This document shows positions 59,246 to 64,000 of a stretch of 64,000 nucleotides of DNA, piece by piece. The notes beneath the pieces were generated by a model. The model did not search any database. It was given only the letters and a program-made list of their open reading frames with translations, and was not told where the DNA came from. The DNA is from the human T2T-CHM13v2.0 reference genome, Homo sapiens: the NCBI RefSeq assembly GCF_009914755.1, contig NC_060925.1, one strand, 5' to 3'. The position numbers were made by a program, and so were the translations under genes. Every line of letters starts with the position of its first letter. Within the stretch, counting starts at the first letter, position 1.

Positions 59246-59304
59246 TATGGATTAATTCATTGTCCTTTTTCTACCTGCCTCATCCATCTACTGACTTCAG
59301 GTAA

Positions 59305-59619
<315 letters not shown>

Positions 59620-59790
59620 TCCAGGTAAGCATACTCTTAATTTGAACTCTGCAATAACCTGTATGAGGGAAGCAGGGCAAGTGTAATTACCATCCTTTTA
59701 CAGATGAGAAACTATGGATAAATTCTTACACAGTCCTGATTCTTACTTATATACCTATATTTTCTCTTTATTTCTCCTATTCACTTTAGC

Positions 59791-59936
59791 ACTTTCTACT
59801 AGGTAAAAGTAGTAGATTATAGATAGATTTATATATAAAAATTGATCTAGCCACCTGTAATCTACTACTTTTTATAGTATATACTATATATAAATAAGTA
59901 TAATATATAATCTACTACTTTTACCTAGTAGAAAGT
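59791..59936. repeat. Perfect 31-bp inverted repeat with 84-bp AT-rich spacer
   Basis: actttctactaggtaaaagtagtagattata (59791-59821) is the exact reverse complement of 59906-59936. Confidence 0.95.
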
Positions 59937-60184
59937 TATATATATATAAAATTTGTTGTATACCAACTATATACCAGAAACTGTTGTCAGTGCTAGATAT
60001 AGAAAGGTGAATGAGAAACATAAAGTCTTTGCTGTCTTGGAGTTTATAACTTCCTCTTATCTCATCTGTTAGAATCTAAGCTCCTGGCAGGGAGGAAATA
60101 TGTCTAATTTATCCTTATGTCTATCAGAGTTTTCTAGCACAAAGTTTTGCTCATAGTAAGTATTCAAACAGTTGTTGCTACAAA

Positions 60185-60400
60185 AGTTATAGCTCACATT
60201 TGAGTGCATACTAATGTCAGACACTGTGTTGTTTTACATTATTATCTTGCAAATCCTACAGTAACAATCCTCTGAAATTGGTATTTTTAGTAGTCTTATT
60301 TTATGATGGAGAAACCAATATTGGAGATTTGCCTAGGTTCGCTCAAATAGTAAGTTGTTACAAAACTCAGTCCAGCCTTGCTTGACTCAAAATGTCATGC
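60185..60400 (-). mobile_element. MIR SINE
   Basis: atagctcacatttgagtgcatactaatgtcagacactgtg...ttttatgatggagaaacc...tttgcctaggttc. Confidence 0.6.
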
Positions 60401-61499
60401 CTTTTGTCCTTGGAAATAAAGTTGAGATGAATAAGCTTTACTAAGTTATCTTAATAGGTAGGCTAATGGAATCCCAAAGTAGTTAAACAAGCTACTGAAA
60501 TTGGCATACCTCCTTACTCCTCTCTGACCTTTTTTGCTGAACTCTTTATACTCACCCAAAGAATAAAATTTCCTACATGGGCTAGGGCATTGACCTCAGG
60601 GTTTCCTTGTTTCCCTGGCATCTATGTTTGGTAGTAAATTTATGCTCTCTTGTGTTCTGTTGGCAAGGAAGCAGCTATCTAAATACTGGGCTGTTGCCAC
60701 AGCCCTGGGAAATAGAAACATTGGTCATTCTACTTGCCACACAGCCTAAAACATGCAGCCTATTTTTGGCATATGCAGAGTAAGGTATGCAGAGTAAGGC
60801 AATAATTAAACAGTAGTTTGCTTAGTGAATACGTTACAGGCCTAGGTTCTGTGAAGGCAATATGGAGTTTAAAATATTTATTTTATTTGTTTATCAATTG
60901 ATGTATATGGTCCTACCTAAGTATACAGGACTTGTTTTAGTGTCTTCAGTTCACCAGAAAGATGAGTAATCTTAATTTCTACATCTAAATTTTATGGTGT
61001 TCTTTCAAAACAAATCAACCTCCTGGATAAATGTAGGGATTATTTTTTAAATGAAAAACTGAAAAGATAATTTTCATCTCTATATCTCCTTATCACAGCA
61101 AAAGGGCATGATTCAGTGATTTGTTAGTCTATCATTTAAGGAATGGCCATTGGCAAATACTAAAGACAATTTTTTTTGCATGGTTTGTGGAATCAGCCTC
61201 AGTACTTTACTCTCACTCACTCACATATTTAAAAATTAAAAAAAAAAATTAAAAACCTTCTTGCCACAGAGAAATAAAGGGTAGCCACAACAGATCAGCA
61301 GCTTAGAAATGGAAATATTTTAATTAATTAATTCATTAAGTAAGTACTTATTAAGCCTCTGTCTAGCACAGAATTAAACTAGCAGATGAACACTGGCTCT
61401 AAATATAAGAAGGTCATTCATTAATTCACAACTGCAAGTACCTTATGTTAAAATTCACATGTCAGGCTGCTTGGGTGATATTTTTAATTGATTCTATTA

Positions 61500-62415
61500 A
61501 GAAAATGGTAGAGAACTTCAGCTTATGACCATATTTTGATTAGGATACACAAAAATCCTCTTTTAGAAACACCTAGAAATATAGACAATATATTTAAATA
61601 TTTAATATAACAAACATTGTATCAAGTGTATATTCAATATTACAGGAAGGAAAGAAAATTTTCTAGAAAAATAAAAACATAAATAATAAAATCAATAGCA
61701 AGAGAGTGAGCATGTGAGCTCTAGTCACCTTGGTTGTGGGGGAAGATTGATTTTCGACATCTAAGGGTTTTAAAACTAAAGAGGGAACAGACAGACGCAC
61801 GCAACAACAAATTAAGAAATGTCTTCCTAAAAAAATACTTTTGTTCATGTGTAATTATAGTTCAAAAAGTTTTTTTTTTAACTACCAGTGTGGCCCAGAC
61901 TAAGATATCAACATAAAACAGCCCTGGGTTAGTGATATAATTAGATTGACTGGCAGAAGGTAAAATACCTCTTTGGAGAGATGTGTTCTCAATCTAGGCT
62001 ATGTAAGAGTTCTATAATAATCTCTGATGAAGATCAGCTCACAATGAAGAATTACGAAACCCGTAAGAAATTATCTAAAAGCAAGAACCATTTTTTTTTA
62101 ATAGAAGAATTAAGCTACAAAGATATTCAAATAACCAAGCTATCTTTTAGAGATTACAAAATAAGTATGTTTGAGATGATGAAAGACATTGAGAGGATTA
62201 AAAACATAAACAAAATGTTATCAGCATAGGCAGATTCTTAAAAGAACCAAATAAAACTTCCAGAAATTAAAAAAATAGCCTTATGAAAATGGTAGCTAGA
62301 TTAAACAGCAGATTATATATAGCTGATTAGAGAATGGGTAAATTGAAAGATAGATCTGAAGAAATTACTCCAAGACAGCACAGTAATATAAAAAATTGAA
62401 AAAAAAGATAAAAAA
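61500..62415 (+). mobile_element. Ancient L1M/HAL1 5'/ORF1 fragment
   Basis: ataagtatgtttgagatgatgaaagac; aagaaccaaataaaacttccagaaat; gattaaacagcagatta...gtaaattgaaagatagatctgaagaaattactc. Confidence 0.65.
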
Positions 62416-62417
62416 GT

Positions 62418-62752
62418 ACACACATCCTCATATATATATATATACACACACACACATATATCAGGATATATGTATATATACATATACATATACTGATTAT
62501 TGCTTTTAGATTATTCCTCATGGGCTTTGTAATTTTGTAATTGTGGGCTGATCTTCATCAGGGATTATTACAGAACTCTTATATAGCCAAGATTGAGAAC
62601 ACATTCCTCCAAAGAGGTTATTTTACCTTCTGCCATATGTACACATATGTACACACATTTCTATATATACACATATATGTGTATATATATATATGAGGAT
62701 GTGTGTGAATATATATAGATTTATATATGTATATATATGTGCATGTGTGTAC
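62418..62752. repeat. TA/CA/TG microsatellite complex enclosing an inverted copy of 61951-62090
   Basis: (TA)n(CA)n blocks either side of 62494-62635. Confidence 0.85.
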
Positions 62753-63194
62753 AGGCAGAGACCTAGAGGGTTGCACATTCTGCTAAACTTTTATTCAATA
62801 GTAAGAGTGAAATAAATACATTATACACATAGGTGGTGGTGGTATATGAAGAGGGTGTGTGGAAGGGGATTATTTATATATTGTTAGAGACAGTAGTGAG
62901 ATTAGAGCCTTTATAGGTAGAATTATACCACAATGCCTAAAATTGGCCTAGATGCAGACAATATGTCACTAGGTAAAATCTTTACCAAGAACATCGACAA
63001 GTAAGAAAATCAGCAATGCCTTGTTACTAGCTGGAATTTAGTGGTAAGCCCCAAGGCAGAATTCTAATCAGAAAAGTATACCATTTGAGAGGCTCTTTTT
63101 GTTACATGCTAGCTAGTGCAAAATCATAGAAAACCAAAGCAGTCTAACCTTTTCCATTTATCTCACCTTCCTTTAAATGCCCACATCCGAATCT

Positions 63195-63310
63195 ATTTCT
63201 TTTTTCTCCTTCCTTCCTTCCTCTTTCCTTCATTCTTTTTCTTTCTTTCCTTCTCCCTCCCTTCCTCCCTTTCTTCCTTCCTTTCTTATTTTTTTTGTTT
63301 CTTTCTCTTG
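63195..63310. repeat. CT-rich (CCTT/TTTC)n tract
   Basis: Near-pure pyrimidine run. Confidence 0.85.
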
Positions 63311-63496
63311 TGAAAAGGCAGCTGTTACAGTAAACACAAGCAGATCCAGAGAGAGATGGCCAGAGAGAGCACACCTGTGCTATCGCATAGGACAGTTTAC
63401 TTTGGTTACTCTCACAAGTTTTAAAAGAATGGAGCCCCCTACACATTGTAGTCCACAAACGCAGAAACAAATGTGCAGTGAGGAAGAAGGTGATAT

Positions 63497-64000
63497 TGAG
63501 AGGTGAAGCCAGCTAGGCTTCTGGGTTGGGTGAGGACTTGGAGAACTTTTCTGTCTAGTTAAAGGATTGTAAATGCACCAATCAGTGCTCTGTGTCTAGC
63601 TAAAGGTTTGTAAACACACCAATCAGTGCTCTGTGTCTAACTAATTGGGTAGGGGACTTGGAGAACTTTTCTGTCTAGCTGAAGGATTGTAACTGCACCA
63701 ATCAGCACTCTTTGTCTAGCTAAAGGTTTGTAAACACACCAATCAGCACTCTGTAAAATGGACCAATCAGCACTCTGTAAAATGGACCAATCAGCACTCT
63801 GTAAAATGGACCAATCAGCTCTCTGTAAAATGGACCAATTAGCAGGATGTGGGTGGGGCCAAATAAGGGAGTAAAAGCAGGCCACCAGAACCTACAGTGG
63901 CAACCCGGGTTCCGTTCCATGCTATGGAAGCCCCGTTGTTTCACTTTTTGCAATAAATCTTGCTGCTGTTGAGTCTTTGGGTTTACACTGGCTTTATGAG
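63497..64000 (+). mobile_element. LTR12 (LTR12F-like, ERV9) LTR, running off the window end
   Basis: tgagaggtgaagccagct start; repeated tgtctagctaaagg and 24-bp ccaatcagcactctgtaaaatgga units; gggtgggg box; AATAAA at 63952. Confidence 0.93.

Noticed and set aside
63740-63840. 24-bp repeat array resembling a CRISPR or coding repeat
   Set aside because: Head-to-tail units with no spacers; a normal part of the LTR12 U3 region in a primate genome.

Overview
This is primate nuclear DNA, almost certainly human (a CpG-intact AluYb-lineage element carries the diagnostic 7-bp duplication). It is intergenic or deep-intronic and repeat-rich. I found no supportable protein-coding exon, RNA gene or CRISPR array; the listed ORFs are chance ORFs or translations of Alu, L1, LTR and microsatellite sequence. 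Contents: 14 Alus (J, S, Y, Yb); a near full-length but dead L1PA7/8-like element lacking its RT core; a nested stack of L1MB holding an ERVK-type solo LTR and an L1PA13-like element; an ERVL pol remnant with its LTR; MLT1, MLT2A, LTR16, MER50-like and LTR12 LTRs; MER5 and Tigger DNA transposons; MIR and L2 relics. I did not find a new gene system. The most unusual signal is a recurring set of local copy events that repeat annotation does not explain: four 70-285 bp segments copied from 0.4-3.8 kb away (two inverted), two fold-back inversions inside repeats, a perfect 31-bp inverted repeat and a perfect 52-bp tandem duplication. There is also a 27-bp L1 tail insertion with a 20-bp TSD, plus a few candidate regulatory modules. 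Subfamily names come from recalled consensus sequences and identities from by-eye alignment, so both need computational confirmation.
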